This document shows, piece by piece, positions 12,690 to 24,149 of a DNA stretch of 64,000 nucleotides (its first letter is position 1; the number at the start of each line of letters is the position of its first letter). The stretch spans positions 1-64,000 of the forward strand of contig NW_027117347.1 of assembly GCF_038025025.1 (NCBI RefSeq), given 5' to 3'. Under the pieces are notes generated by a model, which made no database searches, was not told the origin of the DNA, and saw nothing but the letters and a program-made list of their open reading frames with translations. This stretch comes from Phyllosticta citribraziliensis. Its lineage: Eukaryota. A program made the translations under genes and the position numbers.

Positions 12690-13745
12690 ATTACCATCGA
12701 CGTCCGAAAACATTCACGTATTCCCTCAGACATGCCTTGAATGGCCCCAGACTTTTTATATGGCGTTTCAAGCGTCGTCTTCCACCCCGAGGCTAGCCAA
12801 AACGCTGATCCCGTGTCTTTTTGGCAAAAAGGGGTCTCCAAAAACCAACCCTACATGTTTAAACTTCTTCAATCTTGTCCAAACCGCTCCCATACTTTGC
12901 ACTTCACCCTTTCTCGGCCTTCTTCCACCCTAGGGCTTGTCAGAGACCTGTATCTCGGCCTAGATTCAAAAATGAGGTTTCCCAAAACTTTACCCAAATA
13001 CATCAACTTTCCCATTTCTAGCCGTATCGCCCCGGGACTTTTTCTATCATGTTCTACGGGCAATCTTCCACTATCGGAGTAGTCAGAAGGGCGAAAATCG
13101 GGCTGGTTCTCAAAAGGGGGTTTTCAAAAATCAACCCCTGACACACAAACTTCCTCAGTTTTGGCCGTATGGCTTCCAGAAACTTTCTATGATACTCTCC
13201 AGGCTCTTCTCCACTATTGGCATGCTCAGAACGGTATATATACGCCTATTTGCAAAAGTGAAGAATTCAAAAACGAATCGGCAGAAACCAAACTTTCGCG
13301 TCTTTGCTCCTACAACTCCAAGATTAATTCTACGAGCCTCTCAGCGCCAGAAAGACTACTAGGGAGACTTTCATGGCATTCGGAGCAGGTTTTGTTGTGT
13401 CTGAATCTCCAAATCCACCAAAAGTGGATTTCCAGGAACCCCAAAACCACGTCCGATGCATCTGAAACTAAGCCAGGCGTCTCTGCGAGGTACGAATGAC
13501 TAGACGCGAGTGTTTCCAGGCTGAATGGACCAGATTTATACTCGCAGGAAATTTAGTATCCCAAAACATCACCTCCGAAACCTTTCATGGAATCAGCCCG
13601 AATGCTCCCGGAACTCTCCCTATAGCCTCTAGGGGCTCAGATGAAGGAGTCAAGGCCCTCTCCAGCCGTGTTGGTAGAGCTTTCGTGTTTAAATATACCA
13701 GTGATTAGAGGTTTAATTGTATTTCTGCTCCACCAAAAGCTTCGA
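12690..13745. repeat. Non-coding region with degenerate internal repeats (~143/285 bp and ~320 bp offsets)
   Basis: 12741 ATGGCCCCAGACTTTTTATATGG ~ 13024 ATCGCCCCGGGACTTTTTCTATC ~ 13167 ATGGCTTCCAGAAACTTTCTATG. 12826 CAAAAAGGGGTCTCCAAAAACCAACCC ~ 13112 CAAAAGGGGGTTTTCAAAAATCAACCC. TCCACCAAAAG at ~13414 and ~13728. Confidence 0.55.
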
Positions 13746-14182
13746 TTTTGCCCTCCATTTTATTTTTCCCCTGTGGAAAAGGGCTTGAATGTGCCACTAG
13801 AGAGCTCTGAGAGCAAGCGGGCTTCATTTGAACTGGTTCCGTTACAAAACGATCCGCCTACGCCAGAAAATGTTCCAATACAGGGCCAAAGCGGTGTCAA
13901 TGGGCGATTACAAGGCTTCGGGTGGTTTATACACTTTTAATTGACCCTTTAGTATTATTCCGAGCATCTAAAAGCATCTGGAAGCCCGCAAAGTCAAAAG
14001 GAGAACCGAGGAGCACTCAAAAGTCAAACGCCCAAGGAGCGTCGGGACCTTGAATACAAGCTGCTCCGCGCATAATCTGCATGAGAAGGGTCCATGGAGC
14101 ATTTAAACGGCCATGTAACGCCTTGTTGGACGTGGAAGCATCTTCTACAAGTGAAGCGGGCTGGGTGGACGGGGCGGCACGT

Positions 14183-15107
14183 TCAGACTTGGACAAGGAC
14201 AACAGGGTGCACGCACGATGAGGAGCATTTGATTGGACTTGCGAGCATCAGAGTCGCTCCGGCAGGGGCAGGTGCTCTGCTCCGAAGGGAATACCCATAC
14301 CGCAGAAGCGAATACGACGGCGGCAAGCAAAGCCCCGCCAGTTCTCCCAGACGTCTTCTCCCAGCACACCAATCATCCCCAAAGAGCGCTGCGCGAGACC
14401 TACACTTGTCTTCTTCAATCGCCGTCCACAACCTCTCCTCAGCGTCCGCTTGTTTCAAGGCCGACTCGGTGTAACTCCTCCTCTTTTCCTCATCCTCGTA
14501 GGCGTTGATTTCGTCCAGACTCTCCTCGAGATCCTTTCGAATGTCCAACACAGAAGTCATCGACACCATGACATTCTTTTCCTTGTACTCTTGCATGGCC
14601 CGCTTTTGGATTACGGTGTTCGCTGTGGTAAAGTCAGCAAATGAAAGCATATCGGGAAAGACGCTCACCTTGGTAAGGAGTGAGCCTGACAGCCTTGCGG
14701 GTGTAACTGTGCCAGTCATGAGTTCCCAGCTTCTTCGCGTCATCATCGTGAAGGGCAGCGGGACTGTGGCCAAGTCCGAAGCCGGACGAAATGTTGCCGG
14801 ATCCGATTCTTGCGAAGAGAATCTCGCCGGCCAAAGCCTGGTCGAGCTTCCACACCTTGTAGATGACGAAGTTCTGGATGGAGTATTGGGGGAAATGGGC
14901 GGCGCAGATGGCTTCCACGAGCTTCATGATGTACGCGTTGCCGCCGCGGTGGTTGGCGTATGCTTCGAACATGGCTTTGGCGTTGTTGGTGAGGCCGAAT
15001 CGCGCAAACGGACGCTTCTGCCTTTCATCTCCTGGCTGAGCGGGCAGCATGGTGCGGGCGCGGGCCACAAACTCACGCACCCTGCGGAGAGCCTCCTCAT
15101 CTTCCAC
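14183..15107 (-). CDS. Two-exon gene (~290 aa): divergent GIY-YIG-like domain followed by an acidic helical region; start codon uncertain
   Basis: Intron 14668-14623 (GTGAGC...GCTGAC...CACAG) joins ORFs 14634..15107 and 14183..14773 in frame. The segment FGLTNN..AMF..Y.NH..GNAYIMKLVEAI...YSIQNFVIYKVW...QALAGEILFARIG.G.ISSGFG aligns by eye with the RIP relic at ~62980-63250. The family assignment is by motif recognition only. Confidence 0.7.
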
Positions 15108-15334
15108 GTATGCGTTTCCGGTGGCATGATGGAAGCGCGCGGTGCTGCAACAGGCGGAATTCGTGTGCGTTGTCGCGTAGGTGCAAGGCGGTTGTCAACG
15201 GAGGTGGAGATGCCCTGGTGGAGGGCGCGGAAGTTTTGGATGGGAGGATTGAGGTTCAAAGTTGGGTGTCGGAACTGGAGCTCTCCCCATTCGGGCCGCG
15301 ATAGCCTCCGGAGGAGCAGGCGCCGGGCGTCGTA

Positions 15335-15562
15335 GGTATAAAGTCTCGGACTCCCTCCGCTCCTCTCTCTTTTCCCTCTTGGTCCACGTTCACAACTCGT
15401 CGGTACGTTGCTTGTTGCCGGTTGCAAGCCAGTACTAACCTTGGAGTCTGAATAGCCTTCACATCTCTGCCCTCGGACCGACCAACCAACCAACCAACCA
15501 AACCCTCTTCTCAAGTAAGCCTCATTACCAAAACCATGGGTTTGCATGGCTAATGGCTATAG
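15335..15562 (+). promoter_or_regulatory. TATA box and 5' UTR with two introns
   Basis: GGTATAAAG at ~15335, then a CT-rich tract and introns 15403-15455 (GTACGT..TACTAAC..TAG) and 15515-15562 (GTAAGC..GCTAAT..TAG) immediately before the ATG at 15564. Confidence 0.7.
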
Positions 15563-15563
15563 A

Positions 15564-15842
15564 ATGCCCGATTCACCTGAGCCGCCTCCTTTGAGCGAAC
15601 TCATTCCGAAGTTTTTGGCGCAATTAGAAATCAATGATGGAATACTTCAGCGGCATCCCGCCCTCATCGCCATGATCGATCGACGCCTCGCTGATCGACG
15701 CCTCGCTCGCGACAACAACAGCAGCAGCGGCGAGCCCGCGGCGGGCAGCGGCGGCGAGGCCGGCAAGGATGACGGCGCTGGCGGCGAGGGCGAGGGCGAC
15801 AAGGGCGACAAGGAGAAGAAGGAGGAGAAGAAGGAGGGCTGA
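15564..15842 (+). CDS. Small orphan protein (92 aa) with G/E/K-rich tail
   Basis: The ATG follows the spliced 5' UTR and codon usage looks coding (MPDSPEPPP...GEGDKGDKEKKEEKKEG). A degenerate paralogous tail lies at 24960-25130. Confidence 0.7.
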   Translation: MPDSPEPPPLSELIPKFLAQLEINDGILQRHPALIAMIDRRLADRRLARDNNSSSGEPAAGSGGEAGKDDGAGGEGEGDKGDKEKKEEKKEG

Positions 15843-15871
15843 GGAGGCCATTAGAAAAATTCCTCATTTCC

Positions 15872-16078
15872 ATGCCGAATGACTTGAAGCTTGACATTGT
15901 GATTCCCACTGCAGCATATGGGTCCGTTGGGTCGTATTCGTATGACAACCCACGCAAAGCACATCTCGTCGAAAAGTACGAGCGGATCGTCGAGTTGGAG
16001 CAAAAGATCGAGGTCATGGAGGCCGCACGCCGCCAATCGTACATTTCCAAGCTTGCGGCATGGACTCTTTGGAAGTGA
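15872..16078 (+). CDS. Small orphan coiled-coil protein (68 aa)
   Basis: ATG-initiated ORF with a helical segment (LVEKYERIVELEQKIEVMEAARR), 30 nt after the previous stop. Confidence 0.45.
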   Translation: MPNDLKLDIVIPTAAYGSVGSYSYDNPRKAHLVEKYERIVELEQKIEVMEAARRQSYISKLAAWTLWK

Positions 16079-18341
16079 AGACCGTGGCGAGTGGGACCTT
16101 TTGACCAGATCATGGCGACGCGGCCTTATGTCCCGCCGAACTCCACAACATCCTCCATCTGACAACACAACATTTTCAATTCACTCTTTCCAATCTCCAA
16201 CAAACACTCAAGTCAGCCATCACCCCTCGCCTTGGATGTTGCACGACTGACAGCTGTAGGATGACTCCCGAGAACAATGACACGTCTCGGGGTAGGCAGC
16301 AATCAGAATTTGTCCACCCGAGCAATCTCCAAGTGATCAAGTGTCGTGAATGAGCATGCAGGATTCTCCCGTGAACAGTGAGTACTGGTCCAGCAAATGG
16401 TCAAACGTGACTACTAAGTTCAACCAAGGAGGTTGGAAAGGCTTCTGATTGAAGGATTCGCAAACGTCTTCGTGGAACCATCGAACGGCTGCTGGCGGTG
16501 AGGGATACGACAGGCATGCCCAGCGGAGCATTCTGCTGTCGTCCTCATCAGGCCTGCCCATCACCGCGGCGGAAGGCTTTGCAGGCGGTTGGGGATTTGT
16601 CCACATCTCCAAGTCTCGGCATACTTCGCTCACCCTGTGTTCGCGCGGATGCGGACTTCCCGAGTCAGATTTCGTGGTCTGCGGCCCATACGGCTGCGAA
16701 GAGAGACTCTGCGCAACCTTGCAAGCAGAACGAAGATCGTAAGTTGTCTGGCAGTAGCCCTGCCGGCCGTCGTTGGTATGAACAGAAGCCGGAACCACCG
16801 ACGAGCGGACGCCGAGCTCCTCGAAAAGCACAGGGAGCTCAACAATTACGCCGAGCTCGAAGCGCAGGCAAATAAATGCGCGCGGAATCGACGCAAATGA
16901 AGAGGGAGTCAGAGGAGTATTTCGCTCGCGGCAAGGCCACGATGGAACGACTCGAAGCGGGTATCTCCGAGGCGAACAAGGCACACGAGACCAGGAGCCT
17001 CCAAACCCGCCATGGGCGAGTAGTCGCAATGAGCTAGGATACGTCCAATCGGTAGTCTTGTGGGCAGAGCAAGCGTCGGACTGTTGGCTCTTCTCGTGAG
17101 TCAATGTCAAATCCCTCCAAATTTCGCACAGAAGGTGAACGTACCACCCGAACGCTTGGGAAAGCCGAGCCAAAGTCTGCATGAGGACTCGTGGCTCGTC
17201 TGCTTTGATTTTTTCGGTGCATGGTGATCATCCTCTCCGAGCTGGAATCCGAAACTTGGCTGAGGGGGCACTGCTTAGGGAGCGAGCAGAGGTCAGGTTG
17301 CAGACGCCGCATCCACGGAAAACCGAACGTGAAATTTGCGCGAGGAGAGATGGCAAAAGGCTCTGAAGGTCGCGCAGTTCGCGGTTTGAGGATCCCAGCA
17401 CCATTCCTCCTCCATTGTAATTGCCATCGTTGGACTGAATTGTTCGAGGAGCTTCGTAGCGGATCTTCGGCTCTAGATGGTTGAGTCGTTGCCGAAGATT
17501 GGCTACCAAGGCTGCCCCGTGAACGCCTGACAGGGCCCTTGGAATGAAGCCTGGGTGTCCCTGGGCCTCGGATCCGCGGGTGCAGCCTTCTTGTTCGAAG
17601 CTCCAATCCAGCAGAGCGTCGTAGACGGTCTCGGTACGTATATCGTGTGGAAGGACTCGCGCTGCGATCGCTGGAGGCACAAGAGGCTTCGAGGGACGGT
17701 CGACGTGGCGGGTTTGAAACCGAGTCTGGCAGGGATCGAGTTAGCCTGGCACCAAGCACAGAAGATGCGGACAGCAAGACTACCATACATCTCAACCTAG
17801 CTCTCTGCTTGGTCGCGGGACACCAAAGCTTGTGCAGTGCTGTTGTGACGCGCCGTGGACGGGCCCGCGGCTGGCCATGTGGCCGCATTGAGAGGATGTC
17901 GTGCGGCTGGTCATGTAATGAGAGTCATCGCTTGTGCATTGGACGCGTCTTTGAGGCGGAGGCTGTGGTGATGGGATGCGGTCGTGCCGTTGATGAAACG
18001 TCGTCGCGCGGAGATGCAGGTTGGGGCTGCCCGCGCCACACGAGAGCCCTGGTAGATTCCAGCTGCGCCACAACCAACCTCACCCGCCGCTCCATCTAGA
18101 GACTTCGAATTGGACGAATGCGCGAAACAGAGGTAGTCATCGAGGAGCTCGGGGAGCATGCTATCGCGCGAATGAAGAGCAGCCGCCGAGGAGAATCAAC
18201 ACGGCTAGCCGCCAGGATGCACTTTGGATGGTGTCATGAATTGTGCGAGAAGAGTCTTCATTTGCATCCTTTGAGGGTTTGTACAGCTGCCCCACCAATC
18301 CCAACCATGAGTCCTGAACTTGCTCCCTACCAGTTCCTCAG

Positions 18342-19131
18342 CTAACCGCCGACAGTATGTCCCGTCTGCATGGCCGCAAGCTTCTCCTCCATGGCTCCCA
18401 TCTTCTCCTCCATAGCTGCCATCCTCTGCTCCATTTCAACCATGCGCAGGCTGCGCTCGTGCCTCAGCATCAAGAGCGTCCTTTTCCTTTTCAAGCTCGG
18501 CACAACGCTCCTCGAGGCGGGCCACGCGGTCTTCAACGTGGGAGACATGCTCTAAGACCTTGGAACAATGCTCTTGGACGCGGTCGGCATGGTTTCGGGC
18601 GTTGGTGGCAGACTCGTGGACGTTGGAACAATGCTCTTGGGCGCGGGCAGCACGCTCTCGGGCTTCGGCGGCATCATCTTGGACTGTGGCGGCACGCTCT
18701 TCGACTTTGGTAACATGATTTTCGACTTTGGTGGCAAACTCTTGAACGCGGGCAGCATGCTTGTGGACGTGAGCGGCATACTCATGGATACGAGCAGCAC
18801 GATCTTCGACGTTTCCATTGCCCACATCGGTGCTGATGTCTTTGAGATTCGAGTTCTCGCGTTCAAGGTCGTGGATCTTGCGCTCCAGCTCGCGAATGAT
18901 CGCCGAGTAAATGCCTCCTTTGGGTATTAGCATCATCCTTGTAGACGAGGAAGCACGACTTACCGCCAGAGCCTATGCCGCCGGTCTTGAGCTTTGGGGT
19001 GGCCATCGAAGGAGGGGGGCTATCGTCTAAACGTCTGTCAGCTTCATCCTTGGGTACAGGCATGTCAACATACGGCCCACGGCACTCTGACTGGACTCCG
19101 AGCTGGGCTTGGAGAAATCCTGAGACTCCAT
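18342..19131 (-). pseudogene. Three-exon heptad-repeat coiled-coil gene with an apparent +1 frameshift near the 3' end
   Basis: ATG at 19131 (MESQDFSK). Introns 19073-19027 and 18963-18918 have canonical signals and keep frame. The protein has 7-aa repeats (VEDRAAR/VQEFATK/VEERAAT). Removing one base at ~18450 fuses EARAQ to LRMVEMEQRMAAMEEKMGAMEEKLAAM. Confidence 0.75.
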
Positions 19132-19425
19132 CTTCAATTGCTTGATGGCGTGACCAGGGAAAGGCGTGTTTGTGTGGGTGGCGCGAGTTGAACGTGTTTG
19201 TCGGGTTGTGGTGGGTTTAAGCGAGCGGTACCTATTGATGTCGACGCCGCCGTCGGCCACAACATCAACACAACCTGGATTTGCCCGGCATACACCCACC
19301 TGCGCTTGCTCTCGTCTCCATCCGCCGGGCATCACCTGCCAACTCACCATCAAAAGCGCCCTTGTCGCGCCCTCACATTCCCCTCTCTTCGTCTTGCCAC
19401 CGCCCACATCTCTTCATGTGCTGCG

Positions 19426-20076
19426 ATGTCATCCTTCCCGAAGGTCCTCTCGAAGAAAAAGCTCAGGGTCCTCGCGTGGATTGAGGAGTCAACAGCCCAG
19501 ACCGCGCACTCCATCATCTCCGAGTCGATCGCGCAAAAGGACGAGGCCGGCGTTGCAATGGAGCTCTGGGAGTATTCTACGGACATCCTCTCGGTCTTGA
19601 AGCACATCTTGTCGTTCGAAAAGGACGTGTCGAAGCTCAAGGCGATGCTTCAGAACGTCGTCGAGGGCAGGAGCGTGCCGGGAGAGGTGCAGTTGGAAGA
19701 TTTCCTCGAGGTATTCGACAAGGTCCACGCGGAGAAGGCCAACTTGAACGAAAAGAAAGGCAAGTACTCTTGGACATTCAGTGAACCAATCTGACTTTGA
19801 CCAGACCAGAAGCACCAGTTGGCTGAGCAGGAGCAGGCTGGCCCGGCAAGCAAGAGACAGCGGCTTTCGACCGAGGCCCCCGAGGATCAACAGCAGCGCG
19901 CCATCACGACCCCGACGCATGAGGGCAAAGCGCCTCCGCCCTTGGTGGATTGGTCCAAGGCCCTTTTCTGCAAGATGCCGCCCGGCTGGGACTATGAGCC
20001 TGACGAGCCTGACGAGAATGACCTCAGTCTTGTCTGGGAGAGGTTGGTCTACGGTTTCGGTCGACCGCGGTCGTGA
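19426..20076 (+). CDS. Two-exon orphan protein (~200 aa) with putative NLS (PASKRQRL)
   Basis: A GC-AG intron at 19760-19804 (GCAAGT...CTGAC...CCAG) joins ORFs 19198..19794 and 19819..20076 in frame. The gene is divergent from the one starting at 19131. Confidence 0.75.
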
Positions 20077-20799
20077 TCCGAGTTACGAGACGCCATTGCC
20101 GCCCGTGGAACGCCATTGGGATCGAGTTCGAGGTCCGACGGACATGCAGGGTGGTTTTTGCGGTGGGCAACTGCAGAATTCTTGAAAAGGTCAATACACG
20201 GGGTCAATACACGGCGCCATTGACGGTTGGGGCAGCAACAGGAGTGGAAAATTGGAAAGGAGTCTTCATCAATCAATGCTAGCTCAAGAAGAAATTGACC
20301 TACAATCGATGGCATTCAACCCAACAAGACGTGCGGGCGCATTCTTTTCATGTAGCGGAGGAGCACTTGGCGTTTGTGCCGGGCTGCGGTCAAAACGTCA
20401 TCGGATGAGTTCAGGACAGCTCGATTGGAAGGCCAAGCCTGTTCGAGGAGACATGAGGCAATTCGAGATGGAGACGAGGCGTGGATAGGCCTGCGGCATG
20501 CGGCGGTTGGGTCGGGGATGAGGTGTCGTTTGGGTGAGTGGAGCGAGCAGTGACGGGATCTGCCGGGCCGCGCGGGCCGAGCTGGGTCCGTCGGACCCCT
20601 GTCGCGCGCGGATCTCAACCTCAACCTCTCTCGACTCACGCGCGCTGACCGTACGCCACTCCTCTCCACTCTACATCCCCGCCATGACCCTACGATGCGC
20701 ACTCGCTCTCCACATCCGATCTGCCTTCGAAGGGCGAATCCATGCGTCCGCCACCCCGATACCTCGCTGTGAGCCGCAGAGGAGGAATAGGTCCGACCA

Positions 20800-21020
20800 A
20801 CGTACTCTCGAGGACCGCAACGAGCGGTTTGACGACCGCAAGGCGTAGGAGCAGCTCTTCCTTAACCATCAGAAGCTACACCATCTTCTTGTGTTCCTCT
20901 GAAAGGTCAGCGTTGCTTCATGGTACAGGATTGGGACGCACCGAAGAGGGAGGTCTTGGACTCGCGCTCGTCCGCCTTCTCCATAGCCTCGAAAAATTTG
21001 ATCATGGTGAGCCAGTCCAT
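20800..21020 (-). pseudogene. Small spliced helical-protein gene with an in-frame TAG
   Basis: Reads MDWLTMIKFFEAMEKADERESKTSLF, intron 20941-20899 (GTGCGT..GCTGAC..TCAG), then EEHKKMV*LLMVKEELLLRLAVVKPL. The TAG at 20878-20876 could derive from CAG. Confidence 0.5.
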
Positions 21021-21104
21021 TATATCATTCGCCAGGTTTTCTGCGGACGGGAATGGCTTGCTCGAGATTTCCTCTGGAGATCGAGGGATGGCGGAAAGAT
21101 GTGA

Positions 21105-21790
21105 GTTGGAGAGGCAAGGCTAGAGTTTGGGAGACATGAGGGATGGGGCTGTGGCTTTGCAGGATGCAAGGTGCGCCAATTCACAACTCTTTCATTACAC
21201 TTTCACTTCACGATTTTGGCTGGGCAGATGGATTGTATTCAATGGCTGACTTGTAAGCCCAGACGCTCCACCTCAAAAATGTCCCACCCGAAAGGTCGGC
21301 ATTGTGCCGCATGTTCAACCGGACCTGTAATCGTCAGTGTTGTGCTCGGCGACGCAAGGTGAAGCCTTACTTGGAGTCATCGGTAGAAGGGCTGCTGGCC
21401 GCGAGCTGAGCCCGAAGGCTATCGATCATGGCATCCTTGTCCTTGACCTGGGTCTGGAGGCCGTCAATGATGTCGTCCTTGTCCTTGAGCTCACCCCGAA
21501 GGCGGTTGACGAGCGCGGCGAAATGTAAAAGCCGCTCCAGCATCGAGCCCACGGGCATCTCATTCAGTACAAGCGGCATCTACGGCTGGTTAGTATGGAT
21601 ACTGGCGGAAGCGCTCGCACTGGTCGTCTTACGTTGGAAGATGTGATTGAGCTTGATGGAGGGTAGATGATTCAGTGGCAGAACGCGTGGTGACCGTCCA
21701 GGCCTGTAACCACCACCGCAGCACCGGAAGCGAGCGGCGCACAGACCTCCCCATCTTCCGTCTACACCACCAAGACGCCCCAGGCGACTT
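21105..21790. repeat. Segmental duplication copy A (pairs with 26710-27490)
   Basis: Colinear similarity including UTRs, e.g. GGCTGGGCAGAYGGATTGTATTCAATG, GAAAGGTCGGCATTGTGCCGCAYGTTCAACCGGACCTG and TCTACACCACCAAGACGCCC. Confidence 0.9.
21315..21579 (-). CDS. Small coiled-coil orphan protein (KDxxIDxLQxQ repeats), paralogue A
   Basis: A 5' UTR intron ends right before the ATG. The 3' intron 21370-21325 gives the C-terminus DDSKSG*. The paralogue at 26907-27276 has the same structure. Confidence 0.75.
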
Positions 21791-21897
21791 TGCACCTTCT
21801 CCAAACCTCAAACTCTGCACATTTCTCCCTCGCCTCCGCAACGTAAGAGGCTGCAATCCAACCTGTTGGGCAGAAGATTGGCTAACATGCCGACAGT

Positions 21898-22849
21898 ATG
21901 GATGCTCAACCTCCAAGGCGCGACCATGGCGCCGATATGCTGCGCCTCTTCAACGAGATCCGGTCAGTAGCCGTCAATTCCATCTTACTCAATGCTGTAC
22001 CGACATTTTTGTAGCGGCAAACTCGACGAGGCCAACGCCACCCTCGTCTCCCACATGGGCTGGCTCGCCGCCCTCGCCAAACATGAGCAATCGCTGCATG
22101 TGGCCCGCCCTCCTCGACAGGGTCTGCCTGACATTTCTACGACAGTCGAGGCGGCTGTCTCTGCGTTGCGTGACCATCAGCGGGAGCTTTCCACCGTTGG
22201 AGATCCGTCAGATACGTTCACCAACGTCTTGGCGCACCAGAGGCAAAGTCTTCAGAATCGATTCACTGCTTCCATGCGAGCCTCTAGAGTAGCAGCCACG
22301 CAATCGCTGCAAACGGTCCGCGCTCCTCGCCCCCTCTTGACGAACGAAGTTTCTGCGCGTGTCCAAACTGCCGCAAACACCTTGAATGCCCACCGTCAGC
22401 AGCAGGCAGAGTCTACCATTTCCGACGCCGCGAACGATCTGCCTGGCTTCACCCGCGCCGTGTTCAATCGAGAGATGGCGCGCAGGGCCCACCACGAGAT
22501 AACGAGCACACCAAGAGCAAGCCTGGCCGCTCCTGGACCGCTCCCCCGTCACGCTCGCCGAGGCGGCCCCCGCTTTCGGAACTGGATGACGACGCTGGAT
22601 ACCATCCGCCAGAGTCCTCGCATTGCCGCTCTCCCGCCAAACAGGGCCGTCTTTACGCAGGGGGAATTGGCTTACCTGAGAAGCATGGACATCGCGGTTG
22701 CCACTGCCACGCGGACAATCAATGAGATGGCGCAGGTTGTGCAGGAGCTAGATGTCCGTCTCACAGCCTTGGCCACGAAGTCGGTAGCTGTTGAGCGCAA
22801 GCTTCGTGACTACCACGGTCGCCACGGAATTCATCGTGGTAGTCCGTAG
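21898..22849 (+). CDS. Two-exon helical orphan protein (~300 aa)
   Basis: 5' UTR intron 21843-21896, ATG at 21898 (MDAQPPRR), and intron 21963-22014 joining in frame to GKLDEANATL of ORF 21992..22849. Confidence 0.75.
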
Positions 22850-24149
22850 TTCGCGATGGTGGCTACGGGGCCTCCTCAGGTGGAGCTGGCGCTAAGAATG
22901 AACAACCAAGAGAGCACGTTACTTGGTAGGGACGCTGGATGAGGTATTGGGGACCAGAGATTGGAATGGTGGGATGACGTATGGCGTGGGAGCGCGTTAC
23001 TTGACAAAAGGCTGGATGAAGGATGACCAAGGCTTGGGATATTCAGATTGGTTGGATAGGTTCGATCAGAGCAAGTAGAAAGCTTGGGAAGTTCAGAGTC
23101 CCGTGTAGCAGAATGGATACTACTCGCCTCTGATAAGCGCAATGACTGCATGAAACCTCTGTCCCGTAGAGCATTCTATCCTTGTGTTACTACTCCGACT
23201 CGCACTCTCCTCAGGCTCGACGATGTGCCCCAATATGGACTCCCGCGCCCAATCTTCTCGACATCCACCATGTCTCCACGGTCCACTGTGGCTGATGCGG
23301 TGCGTCCTCTTTGTCTGCTTAGCCCAGATGCTAATTCCAGAGGCTGTCGAGTTTATGAAGTTGGACCTGAAGAAGGCCAGGATTGTGCCGCCTTTCTTTC
23401 AATTCTCGAGACATGGTGCGGAACCATCGCCGAGTGCCGCAGTCACAAGGCCGAGTCTGACATTGGAAAAGCTGTCGAAAGGCAATCTTCAACGCGATCG
23501 ACGAGAACAGGGCCACTCGTGGAGGCATTGAGAGCGCCTGGGGCCGGACATTTCGTGCGAGAACATCGGGACCAAGTGCGAGCAACATCAAATCGAAGAC
23601 TATGTTGAGTCGGCTTGCCTTCGCCATTCCTCCGTTCCAAGCTCATTTGCATTGTGACGAGAAAGATCTGACTTGAGCCCAGGCATTTGAAGGACAGCGC
23701 AGGGGACGGGTCTTTGTGAGGCTTCTCGTTGTGGTGTTGGCACGGCGGTGCGCGGAATATATTTGATTCTGTCAAAGGTTTGAAAGGACGCAGCCAGCGA
23801 GGCACTCGAGCGGGTTCAATTGGGAGGTCAGGCCAGTTGTTCTGTCAAAGATTTAAATTAGCCTGCGCAGCCTCTGAGGGATGCGAGTGAGGGTCCAATT
23901 ACGCAAGCGCATGTGATTGGAGCTGTGATTTGAGAGGTGTCCAGGAAAGATTCGGCTGGCCTTCATACTGCCATCAGCCTCGCTACGGCCATGCTGAGAT
24001 GATGCCGTGAGTGATGGGACGCCGTGGTGTGGAGTGTGGCGTTGGTGGTTGAGGTCCGGGCGGCTGGGCCAAAGCGCGCTAGTCCTTTTTGGACCACGCG
24101 CCACCACTCCCAACCGTTTCCTCCATCTCTCCTCTGGACAACACGGCAC

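Noticed and set aside
8852..13940. Numerous 60-190 aa ORFs in the supplied track
   Set aside because: They overlap in all frames, many use non-ATG starts, lack coding-like composition or splice support, and lie in repeat or non-coding DNA.
16337..18345. Possible spliced gene(s) on the minus strand (intron-like GTATGG..GCTAAC..CCAG at ~17788-17726)
   Set aside because: Splice signals are present, but I could not assemble a convincing single reading frame, so it is left uncalled.
23270..23610. Possible small spliced gene starting at ATG ~23270
   Set aside because: The acceptor is ambiguous, and the nearest one gives an immediate stop.
23850..23875. Isolated TTAAATTAGCCTGCGCAG resembling the array motif
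   Set aside because: Single partial match with no CTCTTTCAA half and no periodic neighbours; probably chance.
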